Source: a virus. Taken from it: a stretch of DNA of 64,000 bases. Position numbers and translations under genes: made by a program. The stretch lies in the IMG/VR virus record IMGVR_UViG_3300028844_006278; one strand, written 5' to 3'. Within the stretch, counting starts at the first letter, position 1; the number at the start of each line of letters is the position of its first letter. The notes under the pieces are model-generated. The model was given only the letters and a program-made list of their open reading frames with translations, ran no database searches and had not been told where the DNA came from. Positions 56,079-64,000 of this stretch are shown piece after piece.

Positions 56079-58415
56079 TTAGTGGGGGTCGCATTCGTCG
56101 TAGTCGAATAGAGATACCCCTGCCTGAGCAGTAGCGTCCTCTCCGTTCCCGCTCTGGTCCGGAACATCAGTAAGGGTAGACTGGTTGCCGACATAGTGGA
56201 ACAGTGCTCCGGCTGGGGGCTCCTTAAAGCATCCTGCCGCGTAGAAGTCGGACGGCGTCTCGTATGAGTCGTACATACATATGTGATCCAAATACCCGTC
56301 GACAGTGCCCATGCGTCCGGCGGAAGTAAGTACCGATATCCCGGTACCGGGCCAGCTAGTGCTGGTAGACTCGGAGTACATACTAGTCCCGTCGCTCAGC
56401 CATAGCTGCGCTGTGTTAGTAGAGGACTGGTATCTCCACACAAGCTGCCTCCAGACATTATCGTCCCACCCCAATGTAGAAGAGTACATACGGACATCGC
56501 CTACACTCGGATGGTGGCTGATGATTCTAATCTTAGTGCCGTCGCGGTCCCACCATACGTTCTGGATTGATCCGGACGACGGGCGATAGAACGCTGTGAA
56601 GCTGGCGGTGGAGTCCCATCGAAACCGGCCCGCTATTGTAAGATCTGTGAATGTGCTCCAGGTCGGTGTAGCATCCATTGTAATATACCCGGACCCTATG
56701 TCAAACGCCTGAAGTTGGGGAGCCGGGGCGGCGGCTACTAGGCTCGAAATCTCGTAGAGGCTAGACACATCGACCGGGCTAGACACATCCACAGGGCTCG
56801 ACACATCGACCGGGCTAGACACATCGACCGGGCTAGACACATCGACCGGGCTCGATACATCGACCGGGCTCGATACATCGACCGGGCTCGAAATCTCGTA
56901 GAGGCTCGAAATCTCGTAGAGGCTCGAAATCTCGTATAGGCTAGACACATCTACAGGGCTAGACACATCGACCGGGCTCGATACATCCACAGGGCTCGAC
57001 ACATCTACAGGGCTAGACACATCTACAGGGCTAGACACATCTACAGGGCTCGACACATCGACCGGGCTCGAAATCTCGTATAGGCTCGAAATCTCGTATA
57101 GGCTCGAAATCTCGTATAGGCTCGAAATCTCGTAGAGGCTAGACACATCTACAGGGCTAGACACATCGACAGGGCTAGACACATCGACCGGGCTCGATAC
57201 ATCGACCGGGCTCGACACATCTACAGGGCTCGAAATCTCGTATAGGCTCGAAATCTCGTAGAGGCTCGACACATCTACAGGGCTAGACACATCGACCGGG
57301 CTCGAAATCTCGTATAGGCTCGACACATCGACCGGGCTAGACACATCCACAGGGCTCGAAATCTCGTATAGGCTCGAAATCTCGTATAGGCTAGACACAT
57401 CTACAGGGCTCGACACATCTACAGGGCTAGACACATCTACAGGGCTCGACACATCCACAGGGCTCGACACATCCACAGGGCTCGACACATCCACAGGGCT
57501 CGACACATCCACAGGGCTAGACACATCTACAGGGCTAGACACATCTACAGGGCTAGACACATCTACAGGGCTCGACACATCTACAGGGCTAGACACATCT
57601 ACAGGGCTCGACACATCTACAGGGCTAGACACATCGACAGGGCTCGACACATCGACAGGGCTCGATACATCCACCGGGCTAGATACATCCACCGGGCTAG
57701 AAATCTCGTAGAGGCTCGAAATCTCGTATAGGCTCGAAATCTCGTATAGGCTAGACACATCTACAGGGCTAGACACATCTACAGGGCTCGACACATCTAC
57801 AGTGCTAGATACATCGACCGGGCTCGAAATCTCGTAGAGGCTCGAAATCTCGTAGAGGCTAGACACATCGACCGGGCTAGACACATCCACAGGGCTCGAC
57901 ACATCTACAGGGCTAGACACATCTACAGGGCTCGACACATCCACAGGGCTCGACACATCTACAGGGCTAGACACATCCACAGGGCTCGACACATCCACAG
58001 GGCTAGACACATCTACAGGGCTCGACACATCGACCGGGCTAGACACATCCACAGGGCTCGACACATCTACAGGGCTCGACACATCTACAGGGCTCGATAC
58101 ATCCTCAGCAAATGGATTATCGGAAGATGCAAATCTATCAGATAAGCTAGACATCTCCTGAGCCGTAAGAGATATTGCATAAGAGCTGCTGGAAGGAGTG
58201 AATGCAACAGAGACGCCCTGGGCGGCGATGGAAGATGCGCCGAGTAGCGAACTAGAGGAGCTGGTACCTAGGCAGTCCGCGCACGTTTCGTACGTAGGCA
58301 CGCCCCCCGCTTCAGGCGAGTTGGGGACAGTAGTCACGTATCTGGCAAACGAGAAGCACTTCCCGTCTATCTTGACTACTTCTCCGGCAAACTCAGGTAA
58401 TATACGATGGTCCAT
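56079..58415 (-). CDS. Modular protein: Cys-rich module + hexapeptide repeat stalk + LamG/ConA-like domain
   Basis: N-terminal GEVVKIDGKCF...YETCADC; C-terminal DNVWRQLVW.Y...DGYLDHICMYD...DQSGNG. Confidence 0.8.
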   Translation of the reverse strand: MDHRILPEFAGEVVKIDGKCFSFARYVTTVPNSPEAGGVPTYETCADCLGTSSSSSLLGASSIAAQGVSVAFTPSSSSYAISLTAQEMSSLSDRFASSDNPFAEDVSSPVDVSSPVDVSSPVDVSSPVDVSSPVDVSSPVDVSSPVDVSSPVDVSSPVDVSSPVDVSSPVDVSSPVDVSSPVDVSSLYEISSLYEISSPVDVSSTVDVSSPVDVSSPVDVSSLYEISSLYEISSLYEISSPVDVSSPVDVSSPVDVSSPVDVSSPVDVSSPVDVSSPVDVSSPVDVSSPVDVSSPVDVSSPVDVSSPVDVSSPVDVSSPVDVSSPVDVSSPVDVSSPVDVSSLYEISSLYEISSPVDVSSPVDVSSLYEISSPVDVSSPVDVSSLYEISSLYEISSPVDVSSPVDVSSPVDVSSPVDVSSPVDVSSLYEISSLYEISSLYEISSLYEISSPVDVSSPVDVSSPVDVSSPVDVSSPVDVSSPVDVSSPVDVSSLYEISSLYEISSLYEISSPVDVSSPVDVSSPVDVSSPVDVSSPVDVSSPVDVSSPVDVSSLYEISSLVAAAPAPQLQAFDIGSGYITMDATPTWSTFTDLTIAGRFRWDSTASFTAFYRPSSGSIQNVWWDRDGTKIRIISHHPSVGDVRMYSSTLGWDDNVWRQLVWRYQSSTNTAQLWLSDGTSMYSESTSTSWPGTGISVLTSAGRMGTVDGYLDHICMYDSYETPSDFYAAGCFKEPPAGALFHYVGNQSTLTDVPDQSGNGEDATAQAGVSLFDYDECDPH
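56743..58092 (-). repeat. About 75 x 18-bp tandem repeat of two unit types (PVDVSS / LYEISS)
   Basis: ctMgacacatcBacMggg and ctcgaaatctcgtaKagg units. Confidence 0.97.
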
Positions 58416-58428
58416 AACGTCCTTCTGG

Positions 58429-60261
58429 TTACTCTAGCGTAAGGGTCTCGCCGTCTTCTGTTATGAAGTTCTCCCCGGTCTCGAGAACTAACCCGAATTC
58501 TTCCGCAGATGACGAGGACGGTGACGTATCTAATACAGCTCCTACACAATCTAAGCAATCGAAGTACGGTCCGAGGACATTAATGGGAGGAGAGAGGAAG
58601 TCGAATACCACGTCGCAATACGGACTGGATGATCCCTCCTCTAGCATCGTAAAGCACGCGCTGCTGCTTACATCGAAATGAACTTCAAAAGTCTCGCCCG
58701 GAATAAACTGGTCTATGTAGTAGGAAGGAATGCACCACACTTCCTCGTCTTGGCAGTGAAGGGCCAGAGTCATATCAGGCATCGCCGCATCGTCGTTGAT
58801 AAGAGTCACTCGGCCGGATAGGTCTAAGACAGAACTGTCAGAGGAGGACGAGTTCTCTTCTATTGGCCTCTGGTCTACAAGAGCCTGCTGTCCGTCATCC
58901 TTCGCAGACAGCAGAGGATCCAATACATCGTCCGGTAGGCCACTAGCGCAGTCGAAGCACCCGTCGAATACATCATCCAAGGTCGGGGAAGACAGCACAC
59001 GCGTGCTACCTGAGGAGCAGGATGGAAGAGAGTCCGACGGGCCTGTATGTACGTCGATGAATGAATAGCAGACTCCGTCAATCTTAAGGACATCCCCGTC
59101 TACGAACCCGGCTACGCTAGAAGAGGCTCCGTTAAGCAGGTCATCCATACATGCCCACGTACAGCTGTAAATAGGCACGGTAGGCATTCCATATACCTCG
59201 TGTATGCCTCGGACGTCTTCGTAGGACTTAACAAGCCCGCCACCGCCCCACGATTTATCCAGCCGACCTGCTCCGTATATGTGCGAACGATTAACGACTG
59301 TGGGAAACAATACGGACTTATAGGAATGAGTAGCGTATACCGGAGTGCCCTTAAAGGATTCGTTGTGCTTAAATCCTAGAGAATGTCCTATCTCATGCGC
59401 AGCTACATAAGCTATGCTATATGAGTTAGTATCCCCTCTGTGCTTGTTAGAAGAGTCCTTAGACCAAGGACTGCCTCTATCAAAATGTAAGACAGTCCCT
59501 CCAGCTCCGTTCCCTATCTTAGCGTACCTAAGCGGATAGGAGGCGTGAGCTAGTGCGGACAGATCCTCCATGCCGAACCGGAAATCTCCTCTAGTTAGTG
59601 AGGGATTGCTATTCTCGTCACCCGTGTACGTGAACTCCACCGTAAGTTGGTTGGAGAACCCGAACGATGGGCTATATGCGAACTCAAACGCAGCCTTCCA
59701 TTGGTCGAACGCGGATTGTATCTCTGCGAGAAATTCAGCCTTCGTTACTGGATTTCCTGTAGTGCTGCGCTCTGCGCTAACATCCGCAACCGGGTCCTCT
59801 TTTAGCTCGAAGATAGGGGCATGCCACGGAGAGCCTCTGGTATATTTCTGAAGTGTCCACGTGAAGGAAATAGTCTGGGGACCCTCCGCTAGGTCATCTA
59901 CAGCATCCTTCAGCTCGTACCAGTATCCGCCCTCTTCACCGGTCCAGGCACCTTCGTACGTATAGGGCTCTGTTGCCACAAAGCAGTTATCGAGCCGCGC
60001 CCACTCCAAGCATTCGTACAAGCTGATAGATACAGAGCTCGAGCTTACAACCAATGTACTAGGTGTCGTGGAGCTAGGGACCTCAGAGACTGCTATAGCC
60101 GAACAATCTTCGCACGTATCATACCTAGATGCATCGGAGTCTAGGATATCCGGCTCTCCTGACGAGGCGTACCCGTCAAAGATATAGCATACGCCGTCTA
60201 TCTTCACCACATCTCCGGAGTAATCCGGGAGTAAGTATTCTCTGTCTCCGTATATAGGCAT
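58429..60261 (-). CDS. Matrixin/M10-like metzincin with Cys-rich modules
   Basis: AF..W, D.RFG, LAHASYP, HFD...W, HEIGHSLGFKH; three Cys-rich modules. Confidence 0.85.
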   Translation of the reverse strand: MPIYGDREYLLPDYSGDVVKIDGVCYIFDGYASSGEPDILDSDASRYDTCEDCSAIAVSEVPSSTTPSTLVVSSSSVSISLYECLEWARLDNCFVATEPYTYEGAWTGEEGGYWYELKDAVDDLAEGPQTISFTWTLQKYTRGSPWHAPIFELKEDPVADVSAERSTTGNPVTKAEFLAEIQSAFDQWKAAFEFAYSPSFGFSNQLTVEFTYTGDENSNPSLTRGDFRFGMEDLSALAHASYPLRYAKIGNGAGGTVLHFDRGSPWSKDSSNKHRGDTNSYSIAYVAAHEIGHSLGFKHNESFKGTPVYATHSYKSVLFPTVVNRSHIYGAGRLDKSWGGGGLVKSYEDVRGIHEVYGMPTVPIYSCTWACMDDLLNGASSSVAGFVDGDVLKIDGVCYSFIDVHTGPSDSLPSCSSGSTRVLSSPTLDDVFDGCFDCASGLPDDVLDPLLSAKDDGQQALVDQRPIEENSSSSDSSVLDLSGRVTLINDDAAMPDMTLALHCQDEEVWCIPSYYIDQFIPGETFEVHFDVSSSACFTMLEEGSSSPYCDVVFDFLSPPINVLGPYFDCLDCVGAVLDTSPSSSSAEEFGLVLETGENFITEDGETLTLE

Positions 60262-60346
60262 AAAGCGGTCTCTGGTGTTTACAGGCAGTCAGGCGGCTGT
60301 GGGGAATACACTGGTGTAAGCACTTTAGTACAGTAAATCATAGAGG

Positions 60347-60781
60347 CTAGGTGGATATGCTGTCAGACGATGAGCTATCCGGCAAGGAAGACGATGAGTC
60401 TTTGCTTGAAGACGATGAGCTATCCGGCAAGGCAGACGATGAGCTATCCGGCAAGGCAGACGATAAGTCTTCGATTAAAGACGATGATCTATCCGGCAAG
60501 GCAGACGATGAGCTATCCGACAAGGCAGACGATGAGTCTTTGCTTGAAGACGATGAGCTATCCGGCAAGGCAGACGATGAGTCTTCGCTTGAAGACGAAG
60601 TAGACGAACAATCATCACACGTCTCGTAGGCCACAAGCTCGTCTAAGTCTATGTCGTCAGCAGCGGCGCTAGACTCGAAGCCTCGGAATTTATAGCAAAT
60701 TCCGTCAATCTTCACGACCTCGCCTACGTAGTGCGGTAATCGGTAATTTCTGTCTCCATATATGGGAGGGGGTATAGGCAT
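60347..60781 (-). CDS. Single Cys-rich module + Ser-rich repeat tail
   Basis: PIYGDR.Y.LP.Y.GEVVKIDGICY...YETCDDC; SSSALPD 21-bp repeats at about 60364-60598. Confidence 0.75.
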   Translation of the reverse strand: MPIPPPIYGDRNYRLPHYVGEVVKIDGICYKFRGFESSAAADDIDLDELVAYETCDDCSSTSSSSEDSSSALPDSSSSSSKDSSSALSDSSSSALPDRSSSLIEDLSSALPDSSSSALPDSSSSSSKDSSSSLPDSSSSDSIST

Positions 60782-60796
60782 GGTGCTGTTTCTCTT

Positions 60797-63700
60797 TTAT
60801 CCTATCGCTATGAGGTCTATAAACTCAGGTCCGTCTCCGCACCGTATTTGGTCCCTGTAGTATCTACCTTCCGGAGATGATCCACACACTTGGACGCCAT
60901 ACCATGACGTATCCAAGCTCGGACTAAGAAGCGTCATCTTCAGCTCCCATATACCTGTAGATGGCAGGTCTCCATCGGCCACGAACCGTACGTAGGTCTC
61001 GTCAAAGTACATCCGAGCATCTCTAGTGGGGCTATACTCTACTCTGTCCGCGGGCGTAGGATCTACTCCGCGGTCTGGGTTCCACTGATCGGTTCCGTTA
61101 AAGTAAAAGTCCCCTGACCAAGCATACAGAGAGGACTGGTCGAGGTCGTACGCTGAACACCCTGGAGCATTCAGCATAGTTCCTACATCTTGTACTGTCT
61201 CTAAGATGGAAGACGCGGAGCCGTCCCAGTACCCTATGCAGTTCGTACTGCTATCTGCCGGGGGAGCCGATCCGACGGTATGAGTAGAGGACGAGGAACT
61301 TGTCGGAGATACCTCGGAGGACGAGGAACTTGTCGGAGATACCGCGGAGGACGAGGAACTTGTCGGAGATACCGCGGAGGACGAGGAGGAGGAGTTAAAC
61401 ACATCGCAGGGTATATATCTCGCTAGACGCCTAGATGATATGGTCGAAGATGATGACACAAGAACAGAGCTCGAAGACGGACTAATAGAGGGCACAGATG
61501 AGCTGGACGGCAGTATCGACGAGCTGGACAGCATTATCGACGAGCTGGACAGTGTCACGGATGAGGACGAAGAGACGTCACATGGCTCATATACCGCGAT
61601 TAGCTGACTACTTACTGCGCTGCTACTGCTCTGCTCGCAGGTACGGCAGTCAGCGTAGGGGCCCGACACAAAGGTAGGAGTAAGTTCCAGAACAGTCCAC
61701 GTATCCGGACAGGATGTATCCATAGCACAGTCTGATATAGAGTAGCAGCGTCCGTCCAAGCTAAGAATATCTCCGACTTCCGCGTCGAATGGAATATTAG
61801 ACTTTGCCACAAATGTACACTTCTCCAACACGTCTGGAAAGCATGGAGAAAGCCTATAATACTCGCAGCAGTCGTCGCAATCCGCGTACGGACCTTTGAC
61901 CTCTGCCGGCTGAGGCAGTACTACGACAGTCGGCCATATGCAGTCTACCCCATCCCCTATGTATGTCTTCTTCCTACCCTTTATACGATAGCACTTAGGT
62001 CCGTAGTTCGGGCTCTCTGGATCTGTCTCAGGAAGCGTGATACTTATCGTATCTCCTATATCATACTCTACTGTGACGTAGGATTCGCAGATAAACCAGC
62101 AAGACTCCAGAATGTACGGGAAGCATGGCTCTAACTCCAGATATTCTGTGCATGGCGAGGACGAGGACGATGACGTAGCTCCTACACAATCTAAGCAATC
62201 CGCGTACGGACCTTTGACCTCTTCCGGTTGAGGCAGGACTTTGACTGTAGGCCATCTGCAGTCTGGCGCAGCCCCTATGTCTGTCTCCGTCCTATCCGCT
62301 ATACGATAGCACCTAGGGCTCTCCGGAGCCTCTCCAGGAAGCCTGATATTTATCGTATCTCCTATATCATACTCTACTGTGACGTAGGATTCGCAGATAA
62401 ACCAGCAAGACTCAAAAATGTGCGGGAAGCATGGCTCTAACCCCAGATATGCTGTGCATGACGGGAGCGATGGGGAGGAAATAGACGGCGCGCTGCTGCT
62501 GCTACTACTTATTACGTCAGAAGATGATGACGAGACCGTGTCGCACGGCTCGTATACAGCAATCACGGACACACTGCTCTCGCTAGTGCTTATGCTGCTC
62601 TCGCTGGTGCTTATGCTGCTCTCGCTGGTGCTTATGCTGCTCTCGCTGGTGCTTATGCTGCTCTCGCTGGTGCTTATGCTGCTCTCGCTGATGCTTATGC
62701 TGCTCTCGCTGGTGCTTATGCTGCTCTCAGAGGACACAGTAGAGCTAGACGACCCCGCACATGCTGAGATATACGCACGCGCCTCGTACGCGTAGCAATA
62801 CTCCCCTTCTACGCAGGGATGCGCAACGCCCGGCTCAGTACCTATACCGCACTGCTCTTCTCCGTACAGGCCTGCCGTCACTGACGGAAAATCATCCCCT
62901 CGTACGACCAGCCACCCGGTAGATAGGCCTGACCTATATGTAGCGAAGATGATCCACCAGTCCGGATCAGATACACCTCTATAGGCCGGGAAGGAGTTAA
63001 ATGTACCAACATGTGCGTACTGCTGATCTGCGCCTGCGTACTTGTCTGGGTTTTCGTTAACCGAAAACGACAGTGAGTAGCAGGTTTCGAACGCGCACCG
63101 TCGGGCGGCCGTAGATCCTGTAAGTGAAGACAGCTTGGCGGCACATGCTGAATAGTCCGAGTACGGGCCCTCGACCTGTAGTCCTCCCAGGGACGGCACT
63201 ATAAGCTCGCATCCGTCTCCTTGGCCCTGATAGTCGGCGACTTCGTCAAGTATCTCGTAGCACTCTGTTCCTGCTATAAACGTGTCTCCGATCTGAGCTC
63301 CGAGCGGCGCCTCGAATGCACTGATATAGAAGCACTGGTAAGGGGAGCCCCCTTCTATATCTGCTGGCAGAAGATTAGGAGGTCCACCATCGTCCTCGAA
63401 TGCCGGGTTGGATATTTTGAAGAAGGTCTCCTCGCACGGCAGATATAAGGGGTACACCTCTGCTGAGGACTCTACTAGCGGGACTGCCGTTATACACCAC
63501 GACGCGGTCAGAGAGTAATATCCAGGCGTCTGCTCGATCAGCGTGTGGTCGAACCCGCATAGGATTCCACCCTCCTCTTCCGTTATCTCAACAGCGCTGG
63601 AGGACAGGCGCAGGACCACTTCCGACACGTCCGCGCCCTCTCGATACAGGCATTCGTCGGTGAGTTCTCTGAAATCGCCTCCCGGACATCCTATGTAATG

Positions 63701-63892
63701 GCAGGGGCCGTGGACTTCCTGCCCGGAGGAGCTCGTAGGGCATCCCACGGCATCGTCAGGGCCGGTACTAGCAGGCAGGTTCTTAACCACAAAAATATCC
63801 GGATCCTCGCCCTCTCTAGTAGGGGAGACTTCCAGGACAGCCAAGTAGCTATGCACCGCCCGATTATACACCTTGTGTATAATCAGTTCCAC
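60797..63892 (-). CDS. Large acidic Cys-rich modular protein with Ser-rich linkers
   Basis: AGGAGG SD + GTG; four GD...CY.I...GPY.D modules. Confidence 0.85.
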   Translation of the reverse strand: MELIIHKVYNRAVHSYLAVLEVSPTREGEDPDIFVVKNLPASTGPDDAVGCPTSSSGQEVHGPCHYIGCPGGDFRELTDECLYREGADVSEVVLRLSSSAVEITEEEGGILCGFDHTLIEQTPGYYSLTASWCITAVPLVESSAEVYPLYLPCEETFFKISNPAFEDDGGPPNLLPADIEGGSPYQCFYISAFEAPLGAQIGDTFIAGTECYEILDEVADYQGQGDGCELIVPSLGGLQVEGPYSDYSACAAKLSSLTGSTAARRCAFETCYSLSFSVNENPDKYAGADQQYAHVGTFNSFPAYRGVSDPDWWIIFATYRSGLSTGWLVVRGDDFPSVTAGLYGEEQCGIGTEPGVAHPCVEGEYCYAYEARAYISACAGSSSSTVSSESSISTSESSISISESSISTSESSISTSESSISTSESSISTSESSISTSESSVSVIAVYEPCDTVSSSSSDVISSSSSSAPSISSPSLPSCTAYLGLEPCFPHIFESCWFICESYVTVEYDIGDTINIRLPGEAPESPRCYRIADRTETDIGAAPDCRWPTVKVLPQPEEVKGPYADCLDCVGATSSSSSSPCTEYLELEPCFPYILESCWFICESYVTVEYDIGDTISITLPETDPESPNYGPKCYRIKGRKKTYIGDGVDCIWPTVVVLPQPAEVKGPYADCDDCCEYYRLSPCFPDVLEKCTFVAKSNIPFDAEVGDILSLDGRCYSISDCAMDTSCPDTWTVLELTPTFVSGPYADCRTCEQSSSSAVSSQLIAVYEPCDVSSSSSVTLSSSSIMLSSSSILPSSSSVPSISPSSSSVLVSSSSTISSRRLARYIPCDVFNSSSSSSAVSPTSSSSSAVSPTSSSSSEVSPTSSSSSTHTVGSAPPADSSTNCIGYWDGSASSILETVQDVGTMLNAPGCSAYDLDQSSLYAWSGDFYFNGTDQWNPDRGVDPTPADRVEYSPTRDARMYFDETYVRFVADGDLPSTGIWELKMTLLSPSLDTSWYGVQVCGSSPEGRYYRDQIRCGDGPEFIDLIAIG
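61287..61386 (-). repeat. 30-bp tandem repeat x3 (VSPTSSSSS[AE])
   Basis: gaggacgaggaacttgtcggagatacc units. Confidence 0.85.
62574..62727 (-). repeat. 21-bp tandem repeat x about 7 (ISTSESS)
   Basis: ctgctctcgctggtgcttatg units. Confidence 0.9.
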
Positions 63893-64000
63893 TTATACAT
63901 CCTCCTGCTCATCGTGAGTATCTGTCCGCCGAGGACGCTAGGGTAAGATAAACATATCGCCGTCTCCTAGAATATACCCAGGATCTGTGATATTAACCAC

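Larger units (their letters stand above)
1..64000. other. Large dsDNA tailed phage genome segment
   Basis: Terminase large subunit, PolA, primase, helicases, SbcCD, RecA-like, tRNA, dense co-oriented small ORFs with ATGA/TAATG coupling; no host housekeeping genes or integrase. Confidence 0.95.

Noticed and set aside
56743-58092. CRISPR array
   Set aside because: Units are contiguous 18-mers without unique spacers, in frame in a CDS; no cas genes
60351-62795. Plus-strand repeat ORFs (DDELSGK; LLSLVLM hydrophobic repeats)
   Set aside because: Antisense shadows of Ser-rich repeats; no convincing SD or gene context
1-64000. Stop-codon reassignment (TAG or TGA)
   Set aside because: Core genes are full length in code 11, and all three stops end genes next to coupled downstream starts
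1-64000. Prophage boundary, IS elements, inteins or introns in core genes
   Set aside because: No integrase or transposase motifs, no host genes, and PolA, helicases, RecA and TerL are of ordinary length

Overview
64 kb segment of a large, apparently lytic tailed dsDNA phage using the standard genetic code. No integrase or host housekeeping genes were seen. 1-25 kb: dense, translationally coupled small accessory genes on the minus strand, including two C5 DNA methyltransferases, a sigma-like factor, two metallophosphoesterases, a GHKL ATPase-zincin fusion, GP88, DUF932, DUF6915, and an odd tRNA cluster. 26-48 kb: replication/recombination module (wHTH initiator-like pair, RuvC-like resolvase, RecA/UvsX, Gp2.5-like SSB, PolA, primase, replicative helicase, UvsW-like helicase, SbcCD). 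After a strand switch at ~50.3 kb come the terminase large subunit, probable head proteins, and four acidic Cys-rich, Ser-repeat modular proteins (one with a matrixin domain, one with a LamG-like domain). Most notable: (1) a recombinase-free gene cassette in three near-identical mosaic copies, each bracketed by direct repeats containing a start codon; (2) a tRNA-Gly nested between complementary tRNA-like halves, plus a D-arm-less tRNA mimic; (3) a 16-bp palindrome repeated before four genes including recA and the sigma factor; (4) a shuffled Cys-rich module family with a two-unit 18-bp repeat array. All family assignments come from motif recognition by eye, not database searches.
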